Source: Felis catus (taxonomy: Eukaryota). Taken from it: a DNA stretch of 64,000 bases. The translations under genes and the position numbers were made by a program. Each line of letters begins with the position of its first letter. Within the stretch, counting starts at the first letter, position 1. Shown in pieces: positions 1 to 12,735 of this stretch. The notes under the pieces were generated by a model. It was not told the origin of the DNA. It made no database searches and worked only from the letters and a program-made list of their open reading frames with translations. Location: assembly GCF_018350175.1 (NCBI RefSeq), contig NC_058368.1:196542001-196606000 (forward strand). Reading direction: 5' to 3'.

Positions 1-480
1 CGGAGGCGTCCGGCCCGAGGGCTCGACGAGGGGGCTGGCCGGCGCACTCGCGCTCCCCGCTGTCGGCGAGAAGCGGCTCCAGTCGTGACAGCGGCAACAA
101 GGAAGTGGAGGCGAGGGCTCGCGCGCGCATCCCGGGGGCTGGAGGAGCCCCGGCCCCGCGGCCCCGCCCGGCGACACACGGCGCGGAGTCGCGACAGCTC
201 CTCTCGCTCCCCCTCCTCGGAGTCGCGATATGAGGTCGTGGAAGGCGGGTACGGGAGCACAGGTTCGCTCCGCAGGCTCTTCACCGACGCCTGCCGAGGG
301 CCCCGGGGGTCAAGCCCCGGGGAACCCGAGGAAGACAGCAGGGACGCGGGCGTCGCCGCAGCACCGGTTCCGCGGCGGCGGCGGCGGCAGCAGCGGCAGC
401 AGCACACCTCGGATCGCCAGGGAGACCCTTCCCGGCGGCCCTCGCGGCGCGCCGGAAGCGGCCACCTGCGCGTGACTGCG
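1..480 (-). other. HMGXB3: Probable non-coding first exon / 5' end of HMGXB3 (boundaries uncertain)
   Basis: Inferred only from mammalian synteny (HMGXB3 is head-to-head with TIGD6) and the CpG island. No HMGXB3 coding sequence is in the window and I could not fix a donor site. Confidence 0.5.
372..403. repeat. Mixed (GCG)n/(GCA)n trinucleotide tract
   Basis: gcggcggcggcggcggcagcagcggcagcagca. Confidence 0.8.
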
Positions 481-579
481 TGCGACCCTTTGCGCAAGCG
501 CAACAGTCCAGCCCTAGTCGAGAGGCGGGCCCATAGGAACTCCTTAGATGCTTAGAGGGGGCTTGGTAAGGCGGACGGA

Positions 580-680
580 CTGCTTCCGGCTAGAAGTTCC
601 GGGAGGAGGAGGAAGCTGCGGCCGCCCGCGGTGGGACGCCGGGGCCGCTTAGCCCTCGGGCGTTGCCGTAGGGCGCTCAG
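580..680 (+). other. TIGD6: TIGD6 non-coding exon 1 (start approximate)
   Basis: CAG|GTAACT donor at 680/681 at the edge of the CpG island. Matching acceptor ttttgtctcctcag ends at 3816, 83 nt before the ATG; an alternative AG lies at 3793-3794. Confidence 0.6.
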
Positions 681-1129
681 GTAACTGGGGCGGGGCTGTG
701 CCGAGCGTGAGAGGTCGAGGCCACGCCTCACCTCTCAAAGCCACGTCGGGCCGTCCGGAGCCCCAGCACCTCCCTTTCAGCACGGTGTTCAAGGCCTGAC
801 CCCAGCCTTGCCCAGTCTGTCCCTGCTTTTTCAGGATAGGATTCTTACTTGTTAGTGCCGCATCAAGCTGTCCTTCTCACCCGGGTGATCTGCCCCCAAT
901 CCGTCCTTCTGCCCCACACACAGTTATGATAGTGAATTCCTGAAGTGAAACCTAGCCGAATGACCCAAGTGGAGACGGTCTGGAATCAGACAAGAATGGT
1001 ATACTATTTTCCCGCCAGTGTCACAGAATGTTCCACATTTGTACAAGTCCCTGCACGACACTCACTGTCTTGCAAATGTATTTCCAATCTGCATACTTTT
1101 CTCCATGTACCACTGTCACCAACATCCTG

Positions 1130-1915
1130 GTCACCATTGTTTCCTCCTGGACTGATGCAGTCTCTTCCCACCTCCTCTCCTGTAGCTCTGCCATCTGCTC
1201 TCCACACAACAGGCGGAGTGATCTTTTTGCACTGTTAAGTCTGATTCGGTCACTTTCTGCTTAAGATCACTTAGTGTCTTTTCATTCACTTAGAATAAAA
1301 TTCAAACTTAGCTTGACCTACGAGACTTTGGCTTGGCTCTTGCTTCATTCTCTTTCCGTGTCTCCTCTCGATACTGGTAGTTCCCAGAACAGGGTATGTA
1401 GCACTCTGTAAGTGTTCAGAACACTGACTTCGTGCTGAGTCTCCCAGGAGTTGAATCCCAGTCCTGTCGTGTGTAAGCTGTGTAAAGCATGCAAAGTAAC
1501 AAGTTACGTTTATGAAGTAGATCTTCAGTAATTGGTTTCCATCTCCTCGGTAATCAGTTCTCATCTCAGTAAATGGTACCACCATCCATGGGATTGCTCA
1601 GTGCTCCAGCCAGAAATCTGGGAGTTACCTTTTGACTCCCCCTGCACCTCACATGCAGTCCATCAGCAAGATCTACAAAAACGTAGACCCAAACTATTTC
1701 TCACCATATCCACTATTCCTGTAATCCCAGTCACCATTCTCTCACTTTGGGACTCACACAGCAGCCTCCTAACTAGTCTCCCCTGCCTTTTCTCTGACCC
1801 CCTTCAGTTCCATTCTTTACCTAACAGTCATCTTTCTCCTCACTTAAAATCCTTCAGTAGCTTCCCTTTACATTCAAATTAACATATCCCAACCGTCTAT
1901 GGCCTATTAGGCTAG
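1130..1915 (+). mobile_element. Degenerate L2 fragments (possibly with MIR)
   Basis: L2-like phrases: catctcagtaaatggtaccaccatcc, cagcctcctaactagtctccctgcc, cttaaaatccttcagtagcttccc. Confidence 0.55.
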
Positions 1916-2019
1916 CTTGCTTTCATCTTCAGAGTTAGGGCCACCTCTTGGGGAAATGATTTTAACCATCAGGTTCTGCACTTTGCAACCAAAGGACTCT
2001 CTAAAGCGCACGCAAATCT

Positions 2020-2145
2020 GGGGCACCTGGGTGGCTCAGCCGGTTAAGCGTCTGACTCTTGATTTTGGCTCAGGTCATGATCTCACAGTTTGTGGGATCA
2101 AGCCCTGTGTAGGGCTCTGTGCTGACAGCATGGAGCCTGCTTGGG

Positions 2146-2194
<49 letters not shown>

Positions 2195-2250
2195 TTCTGC
2201 CATCCCCCGCTCACACTGGCTCTCTCTCTCAAAATGAATAAACATTTAAA
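2020..2250 (+). mobile_element. Can-SINE (SINEC)
   Basis: ggggcacctgggtggctcag head, (CT)n, A-rich tail. Confidence 0.92.
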
Positions 2251-2263
2251 AAATGCAAATATG

Positions 2264-2489
2264 GGGGCGCCTGGGTGGCGGAGTCGGTTAAGCGTCCGAC
2301 TTCAGCCAGGTCACGATCTCGCGGTCCGTGAGTTCGAGCCCCGCGTCGGGCTATGGGCTGATGGCTCAGAGCCTGGAGCCTGTTTCTGATTCTGTGTCTC
2401 CCTCTCTCTCCGCCCCTCCCCCGTTCATGCTCTGTCTCTCTCTGTTCCAAAAATAAATAAACGTTGAAAAAAAAAATTTTTTTTTAAAT
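2264..2489 (+). mobile_element. Young felid SINEC_Fc with TSD aaaaaatgcaaatatg
   Basis: CpG-rich, near-consensus (ttcagccaggtcacgatctcgcggtccgtgagttcgagccccgcgtcggg). TSD at 2248-2263 and 2490-2505. Confidence 0.93.
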
Positions 2490-3872
2490 AAAAAATGCAA
2501 ATATGAAAAAAAAATGCAAATATGATCATGTCATTCAAATAAACAGACCTCTCTGGCCTCTTATTGTCCCAGGATCAAGCTAGAATTTCTATGATTTGGC
2601 TCTTGCTTTCTTCTCCAGAGACTTTTTTTCCTGACCATGCCATCTTGTTTTATATAGTACTTTATTGCATTTACACCCATTTCCTTCTATTTCATGAATT
2701 CCTAGTTGTTTATACTTTCAGACCCAATATCAGTGGTTTCCTCTTTGAAGTGCACTGCCCATGCCCCACCCAGTTGATCATCCCCACTTCTGTGTTCTAG
2801 CTCAGAGTACTCTGTAACCTCTTTTATAGTTTTCCATACACTGTAGTGCTTGTCTTCTCTGAGTCCCTGGTGCGCTCCTCAATGGTGAGCACTATGTTCC
2901 ATCCATCTCTGTATGGCTGGCATCGAGCACAGTGCTTAGCACGTAGAGGATGCCAAGAATGAATAGATAAGTGTGGAGGTGGTGATAGAAGTCAGCGCTT
3001 GGAAAGTTGCAGTCACAGTAGAAGGTCACAGCCCCCTGTCTTGTGAGGACTCTCATGATAAACTGTCTGCACAGGCAATTAGCAAAACTGCTACTGCCTG
3101 ATCATGTTTATTTTTTTCATAGCCATATCACCCTCTATCATTCTCTTATTTATCTGTTCAGTTACTGTTGATCTTCCTCCACCATACTGTATATTCCATA
3201 AGGGCGGGGACCTTGACTGTGTTGTTCATCACGATATCCTTGCCACTTGGCACCGATAAATATTCACTAAATGAATGTGTGGCTACCACAAACATCCCCA
3301 CAGTGAAAATCCTTCCAAGCCAAACAGGGGTAGAGCTTTGAAGATCTCATTTTGTTGGCATTTCAAGCAGGACTATGGAGTAGAAGAAATGCCACGAATT
3401 CGGAATCAAGAAATCTGAGCTGTGTGAACTTGGGTAGGCCCTTCTCTTGGCCTTAGTTTCTGTTTTTAAAATGAGTCAGAAAATAATCCCTTGAATTTAT
3501 ACAGCACACTGCTATTTGCAAACCTCTTCACCGTCTATTATTTCAATCTACTCTCATATCAGAGCAGACATTATTATTTCTACAGAAGCTCGGAAAGTGT
3601 AAGTGAACTAGATCCTCTGTAAGATCTCTTCTATTTCAAACACGCTATGAGTCTAAATAAGTAATCCCTACCAAAAGCAGTAGTATGAATCCCGTTTTCT
3701 CTTGATTTGGGCCTTATGTTATCATTTCCTAGTAGGATTTTGAAAAATCTGACCCATCGTTTAGGGGGAATCTGTGATCTTTGGTTCCCGACAGGTCCTC
3801 CATTTTGTCTCCTCAGCTTTCTACACTTGTGACAAAACAAGCCAGGAGGAGGGACACACACAGCCCTGGTAA

Positions 3873-5474
<1,602 letters not shown>

Positions 5475-5521
5475 TGTAGGAATTAACTGTCCCTTTTAAT
5501 TTAGAAAATGTAGTTTACAAG

Positions 5522-5527
5522 AATAAA
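5522..5527 (+). terminator. Candidate proximal poly(A) signal of TIGD6
   Basis: AATAAA ~48 nt after the stop, followed by GT/T-rich sequence. A distal ATTAAA lies at 7182-7187. Confidence 0.4.
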
Positions 5528-5680
5528 GTGAGTTTTGGCTTTTGTTTAAAGATAGGATACGGAACTTAAATTTTAAGATTTTGATGACAACGTTCCAGTC
5601 CTCTGAAATAATCAGGAAACTTCCTTGAACGGTATTTGGAAATGAAATTTGACTACTATGTGTGTTATCTTTTGATTCAT

Positions 5681-5850
5681 CAGATGGTTCCCCAAGTTGT
5701 CTGCACCTTAGGGTCTCTTGAGGATCTTCAAAGAAATTTGCAAAGCCCAGGCCTTATCCCAAACCAATTAAATCACAATCACTGGTGGTGGGTCACAGGC
5801 ATTAGTTTGTGGAGCTCCCCAGGTAATTCCGATGTGCAGAAAAGATTATT
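5681..5850. mobile_element. MER5-family hAT-Charlie MITE remnant
   Basis: cagatggttccc... terminus, internal ctccccaggtaattccgatgtgcag. Confidence 0.55.
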
Positions 5851-5917
5851 GGATTGGCCACAGGAAAGTCAAACACGCTGTGGGGCTAGAGCCAACTTTT
5901 TCCCAGTAAGTCTAGCT

Positions 5918-6108
5918 CAGTGTTTTCCAAATGCTAGCTCCCTTTAGAATCACTTGGAAGGCTTGCTAAAACCCAGATTGCTGGGTTCCACCTCCATATT
6001 TTCTGATTCAGTGGGTCTTAGGTGGGGCCCCCAAATTTGCAATCCTAACAAGTTCCTAGGTTATGCTGATATTGATGTGGTCCAGGATCCATACTTTGAG
6101 AACCACTG
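5918..6108. mobile_element. MER5A hAT-Charlie MITE, near full length
   Basis: TIRs cagtgttttccaaa / tttgagaaccactg. 8-bp TSD gtctagct / gtttagct. Confidence 0.8.
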
Positions 6109-7203
6109 GTTTAGCTGGATTCTAGTACTTCTCTCTTCATTTGGCCATCTGAAAACTCCCACTCACTAGCAAAAAAGAAAAAAAAGAAAAGCCTTAGCTG
6201 TTCTTATTCCAGATCTGTTGACTCCTTTCTGCTGACTTGGTAATCTACAACCTTCCTAGCTTTTCTCCTATATGCCCCACCAGTTAGCCAGGTATTCAGT
6301 AGAGGTACATCTGTCTGTGCCCAAAGAATTAACAGGAGCCACCTAGCATATTGACACATCTTGTAATACTTGAGGCTTATTGCTTATAGGGAGCTGGGGC
6401 ACAGGGGAATACGAGGTGCATTAAAGAGGAGATACAATACAAAGCAGGAGGCATGGTATAATATCAGAAAATCCTGCTAATCAGGATCACGGGAGAGAAC
6501 ATATGGCCCAGTGTACCTCTCACTTTCCAGACAAAGTGAGAGGGAAGTTTGTGGTAGCGAGGACATGTGTGACAGGGTTTGGCTCATCCTCTATTTGGAT
6601 CATTTGCACTGTTCTCCACACCTGTGGATAATCCAGCCTGGATTTTATGATTAAGATGAAGGCACACTATGTTTACCTTTACTGAAATTACTTCACTTTT
6701 ATGCCTTTATGTTTGTTCTTCAGAAATATCTGCTAGAGCTGAGTTGATTTTAAATGATTTAGGACTGTATAAACTTGTGACCACATTTATAATATTAAAG
6801 TTGCTTTCCCATAAAGAAGGATATTATTAATATCCTTGATACCCTTTATAACCCTGGTATCTATTCCTAATATGTGAGACATCTGTTTCATTTTTAGAAG
6901 GTACGTACAATACCTGTCAGTGTTGTCGGGTAGATTCCCCCCCGTGCCCACCCCCCCGCCCCCGGCCTACACACAGCTTAATTTTGTGGTTACTTCAAAA
7001 ACCCATGGCAATTCAGTGATTTTTATTTCTGTAGTCATTTTAATTGAAACACACATAAAGCAGATTAATTATAGAAAGTATTGCTTCCATGTTAAACAAA
7101 ACAACAACAATCACAAAAAAATGCTTAAATGGATTTTTAAAACCTTGTTTTGGATATTTTTCTTTTCAACAAACTAGTATAATTAAAAGTACTATACATA
7201 TTT

Positions 7204-7598
7204 AAAAATTTTTTTAATGTTTATTTATTTTTGAGAAAGACAGAGACAGAGTGTGAATGGGGAAGCGGCAGAAAGAAAGGGAGACAGAATCTGGAGCAGG
7301 CTCTAGGCTCCGAGCTGTCAGCACAGAGCCTGTTGCGGGGCTTGAACTCACAAACTGTGAGATCATGACCTGAGCCGATCATGATTGGCTTAACCGACTG
7401 AACCACCCAGGTGCCCCGTTATTTAAAATTTTTTTTAAGTTTATTTATTTTTAGAGACAGAGGGAGAGAGAATCCCATGCAGGTCCATGCTGCCAGAACA
7501 GAGCCTGACATGGACTCAGTCACATGAACCACGAGATCATGACCTGAGCCAAGACCAAGAGTTGGACGCTTAACCAACTGAACCATCCAGGCGCCCCC
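7204..7598 (-). mobile_element. Two stacked Can-SINEs (about 7204-7417 and 7420-7598)
   Basis: Two reverse-oriented SINEC bodies. The pair is flanked by TSD aaag(t/c)actatacatattt (7186-7203, 7599-7616). Confidence 0.9.
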
Positions 7599-8652
7599 AA
7601 AGCACTATACATATTTTTAAATCCTTAATACTTAGGAGAGGAAAACAGTGCCCTCTGGCTGAGTCCTGGGGTTCCATCTCACTGTCAGCACCTTACCTGT
7701 GGTCACCATTTTGTGTCAGGGTTACTGACATGATTTTGAGTTTCTTCCCTCACCTTTCTTCTCCTGAAGTCCACTTTGCACATGTCAGATCTATTGACAT
7801 CATGCGATGGCCCCTGCCCACGTGTCTTTGGTGTCTCCTAAATGCCTTAAAAAAAAAATTAAAAAAAAAAAGACTAGATCATTCAGTTGAGTTTTAGCAC
7901 CCTCTAGAGTTAGCTACAACCTACGTTTCTAGCTTGCTTGTTCCCTACAATTCAGTGTATGTGCTGCTCCTGGATAGGCCGTTTTCTTCCACTCCAACCC
8001 CATGTCTGCTGGTGTGCCTTTACCTGAATGCCTTGCCCTGCTCCCTACTTAGGTAGGCCCTGAACATAAGGCCCTTCAAGAACTAACTGGAGTCCTCTTT
8101 CTCCCAGCCTTTCTTGAGGAATTAAGCACCCTTCTGTCTCTCAGGTCCTTGGCACTTTTTGTCTCTACCACTCAAACACTTAAATGTTTATCAATGTTCT
8201 GTGGCTCTTTGACTAGACTGTAAGCTCCATGGGAGCAGGGACCCTTGTAACCTTAATGGTGCCTAGCACTGTGCTGGGCATTCATAGGCACTTCAATAAA
8301 CATTTGTGTATGAATTGATATACACATGTAATGTGTCAATGCCACCTTTTAAAAAAGCTGTTTGAAGCATTGATTCTACCAGAAAATGACTTGAAGATAG
8401 GGCGGGGCTGTCCTCTATTTAAAAGAATTTACAAAGGTTTTCCATGAGTATCTTTGCCTCAAATATATTATTCCAGGCTATCATCTGTTCTTTGATAATG
8501 AAGAATTTCAACTGTTTCCTTCCATATAAAGGTATTGCAGAATTTACACACACAAGACTTTGGTATGAAAGGCTTTATTTAAGTGCCTTGCATATAGTAA
8601 TATTGAGTAAATATGTGTTTAAACTTGTTTTAAAAAATAAGAAGAGAGAGAG

Positions 8653-8835
8653 GGGGCACCTGGGTGGCTCAACTGGTTAAGTGTCTGACTTCAGATCAGT
8701 CATGATCTCATGGTTTGTGGATTCAAACACCACATCGGGCTTTCTGCTGTCAGTGTAGAGCCTGCTTTGGATCCTCTGTCTCCCTCTCTCTCTGCCTCTC
8801 CCCCACTCTCTGTCAAAAATAAACATTTTTTTTAA
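8653..8835 (+). mobile_element. Can-SINE
   Basis: ggggcacctgggtggctcaactggttaag head, CT tract, tail. Confidence 0.88.
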
Positions 8836-10359
8836 ATCTCACATTCTTGACTCTAATGTATCATATGAATTAGATCCTATTAGATAGAAATCGTATCTAA
8901 AGCAGAACTTTTGCGGTCTGGTTTACACTGGATAAACCTTTGATCCTGTTGGACATTAGGGTTTTTGTTTGATGCTTTGCTTTTTAAACTAAAAGAATCT
9001 AATATTATCCCTTTTGAGTCTGCTGTCTTTATCAGGCCATGATTTCTCCCTGACCCTCCTGTCCCTCGTCCCCAACTTGAGGATTTATTTTACCCCAGTT
9101 GACCAATCTACTCTGTAGGGCAATATTCTGGAACTAGGCACCCACCTCAGCTGAGCTGTTAAGAGGATAAAGTATACCTGGCCCAGACTATGTATTTTAT
9201 AAATGCTATCTATGGTCATTAGTTTCCATCCCTATTCAGAACTTTACAGCTACTTTATTTAGAGGCAGGGACCTCCCTTGCCAGACCTTTTTTTCCACTA
9301 ACAGATCTCTGGGTTTAGTGTTCTGGAACCACCCAGCCTAATCATTAGATAAAATTCAAGTTTTCTTTGTCCTGTTCTTAAGATGGGTTCTTTCATTAAA
9401 AAGGAAAGAAGCTAAGAATTATTGCCTATTATATTCCAAGAACCGTTTTACTCCTTATCATTTAATCTTTCCAGAAAATTGCAATGCAAAAGAACAAATA
9501 GGCTCAGATAATGTATTCCAAAGTTGCATACCTCTTCATTGTTCCTACTGCCAGAGGCCATAGTTCTTTGAAGTGGAATGTTGTAGCATATTCTAGCCAC
9601 CAGAGGGCAGAGGAAGACTACATAATGGAAAAATATGGCCAATCTAAGAATCCTTAGAAGCGGCCATGTGTAATTTCTCTGACATAGCAGAGACTGAAAA
9701 GGATGACAAGGAGAGAAAAGACACAGGATGTGAGACTTGTTCGGGCAACTAAGAAATAACTGTGACTTGGACCACCTTGTGATCCACCCCATTGCACATC
9801 TACCCCTTCACCAGGGACTTTTTCCAACCATTGATAACCACAGGCCGTGTAATTGACCCTGGACAGATAGACATGCTCTGCAAATGAGGCAATGTTAGAG
9901 AATTGACTATCCACCAAACATATCCATGCTTGTAATAGTCATACATTGGACCTTATACCCACTGCTGGCCATGAAGTCTCTAAGGATGAAATACATGGCC
10001 CTATCTTCAAGGAGTCCAGTTAGGAGAGGAGAGAGGAAAAAACAACAGAATGGTAAATGCCATTTTAGGGAATATACAGAGATGAAGCCCAAAGGGAGAC
10101 CCTACATGAGAGAAGAGGAATTCAGTGGGAAATTTTGCCAAGAGCAAGGGACATTTAGTAAGAAGTATTTGGAAAGACTAGTAAAAAGCTAGGCATATGG
10201 GACTGGGAGGCAACTCCTGGTGGAAGGAACAGCGTAACAAGAGCGTATGTAACAGTATTTTTAAACGGCCCATTTGGGATCACCTAAGGTCAGAGGTTAT
10301 GTCAAGCAAAGGGATGTATGACAGGACAAGAGGTTGAAGATGTAAGCAAGGGCAAAGTT

Positions 10360-10556
10360 TTTTTTTTTTTTTTTTTACTGTTTATTTTTTAGAGAGAGAG
10401 ACAGAGCATGAGTGGGGAAGGGGCAGAGAGAGAGGGAGACAAAGAATCTGAAGCAGGCTCTAGGCTCTGAGCTGTCAGCACAGAGCACGACGTGGAGCTT
10501 GAACCCATGAGCCATGAGCGATAGATGCTTAACGGACTGAACCACCCAGGTGCCCC
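10360..10556 (-). mobile_element. Can-SINE with internal deletion, TSD aagggcaaagttttt
   Basis: T tail and SINEC body lacking the atcatgacctgagcc segment; TSD on both sides. Confidence 0.88.
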
Positions 10557-11904
10557 AAGGGCAAAGTTTTTAAGGCCTCATTGGCTACAGCATTAGTTCT
10601 GAACTTATTCTGAAAACACTAGAGAACCACTTAGAAGTAGCAAATGTCCTTTCTTTCTTTCTTTCTTTTTTTTTTTTTTTAAGAAAATAATTGATAACTA
10701 GTGTGGAGGCTGAGTGGTGGAGAAACAGATTAGCTAGTCAGGCTGTGGCATAGTCCTGAAGATAAATGAACATTCAGGGCAAGAAAGAGATGTTGAAAGA
10801 GATGGATTTGGTGATTGAATTGAAGAGGAATATTCTAGGATTTCCCAGGTTTCTGGCTTGAGTTGCTGGGTCATGCCATGATCAAGCTAGGTCAACGGGA
10901 AAAGAGGAGTTTGAGGATGTGTTGCATGTGACGTGCCTCTGGGCACCCAGGCACAGTTGTCCAATAAAAGCTCTGGAGATTTATATATAGACAGGCTGAT
11001 TGGTGTTCTATCTAGAAAGGCTGGAAATCGTGTTTGGCTGCCACGAGCATGCAGATAATAAAGCAACGGAAGCCATAGACGTGGATGTAGTCATCTGGAG
11101 AGAGTTTGTAATGTAAAATGGTCATGACGTGGGGTCTGTGAACCAACCTTTTTAATGATGTGGATATTTTTACATGCGCATGTGGTATTTCTCCAAGAGT
11201 CATACTTTCATGGGTCTCAATCAGATCTGAAAATTAAAAACGAGCAATGATGCTAAATGAGGAGAGAAGAGACCAAGAACATGAGCACTGAAAGGACAGA
11301 TGGGGAAGCAGAGCCCTCCAAGGCACCTGCAGAGATGCTACAGAGTGTGTGAGGCACTTCACAAGGCTCTGCATGCCAGGTGCTGCGTGCAGACAGGGTG
11401 AGTACACAGGACAGCAAGATTGGAAGGGCCCTTAGACGACCATTCAGTCCAACTCCTTCATTCTGTGTATAAGGTGTTAGCCTTCACTTACTGACGGGGA
11501 AAATGTGGCGCAAAATTCACTTACTGAAATTCAGAGTTAGGACTAGTGAGACATTAGCCAGTTTGGGATTTTTGGATTCCAACATGGTACAGAGTAGTAG
11601 TCGTCAGGCAACATGAGAACTGGAAGAAGGTTCCTCAAGCAATCTAGTGCTCCTCCCCTCTTCACTGATGAAAAAATTGAGTCCCCAAAGGGTTAATGTA
11701 CTCATGATCACAAAGCAAAGACAAAAGAACTGGGTTTCTTTATGCATTATGCCTTTCTGTAAGGACAGATCCTCTTGTCATAGTTGGGAAAAATTAATGA
11801 CCGGATCCCTCTCCAAATGTAAAGAGATGGTATTTTAAAGATCACTGGTGACCTAAATGTATTTCTTAGTGAAGCAGTTAAATAATTTAGACACAGAGTA
11901 ATAT

Positions 11905-11927
11905 TTTATTAGCATTAACAATTTATT
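11905..11927 (-). terminator. Tandem AATAAA poly(A) signals of SLC26A2
   Basis: TTTATT at 11905-11910 and 11922-11927, each within a repeated TTTATTAGCA. They lie ~5.5 kb past the stop, consistent with the known ~8 kb SLC26A2 mRNA. Confidence 0.7.
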
Positions 11928-12524
11928 AGCAGAATGAAATGACACCTCTAGATCTCAACACGTACAGGATCTTACATAATAAACAACATGAACATATCCT
12001 TCCAGAAGAAAAACATCTGCTATTAACCAACTACCCCCCCCCCCCCCGCAATAGACTGCAATCCATCAACTCATTCTCATCCCATAGAGGGTTAAGCATG
12101 ATTTATATAGAATGGCATCAAGGCACTTGCTTTAATTAAAAAAAGATATATGTGGTATAAAACATGTTCCCAAACGTCATTAGCCTTGAACAATTGGGGA
12201 AAAAAAGGGCAGTATACTTTTTTAGGGAATAGGCAAAACTGAGAATTTACGTTCATTCACCTGTCACCCTGATATTGTCTTGATTTGTATATAACATTGC
12301 AAAGGAGACAAAAAAAGGTAGCATTGTATATAGATTGATTTGTTCCCACTAATTTTTGAGAAATCATGGTAGCATCAGAATTCAAATACTAATTCCCCAA
12401 CTGATTTGAATGGAAAAGGCAAGAACTTTTTGATTCCCAGCATCTTATTATTTTAGGGGTGAGGGACGGGGGGGATGGGAGATGGGGAAAAGGGGGTGTG
12501 AACTTCCCTAAAATAAGTTAATGT

Positions 12525-12735
12525 AAAAAAAATTTTTCTAAGTTTATTTGAGAGACAGAAAGATTGTGAGTTGGGGGAGGGGTAGAGAGAGAGGAAGAGA
12601 GAGAGAGAATCCCAAGCAGGCTCTGTGCTGTCAGTGCAGAGCCCAATGCAGGGCTCGATCCCACAAACCATGAGATCATGACCTGAGCCGAAATCAAAAG
12701 TCAGAGCTTAACTGACTGAGCCACCCACGTGCCCC
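12525..12735 (-). mobile_element. Can-SINE inside the SLC26A2 3'UTR (sense to the mRNA)
   Basis: SINEC body, TSD-like taaaataagt on both sides. Confidence 0.88.

Larger units (their letters stand above)
1..780. promoter_or_regulatory. CpG island / probable bidirectional promoter (HMGXB3 minus, TIGD6 plus)
   Basis: Very GC- and CpG-rich. Opposed ETS/GABP-type motifs CCGGAAG (452-458) and CTTCCGG (583-589), GC boxes, TTGCGCAA palindrome at 490-497. A + strand donor follows at 681. Confidence 0.85.

Noticed and set aside
85..555. 156-aa + strand ORF in the first CpG island
   Set aside because: GTG start, Arg/Pro/Gly low complexity and stop depletion caused by high GC; no recognisable domain.
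3586..3598. Possible 13-nt micro-exon in the TIGD6 intron, and an acceptor-like site at 834
   Set aside because: The micro-exon lies in MIR-like sequence and the 834 site has no convincing partner donor; such sites are common by chance.
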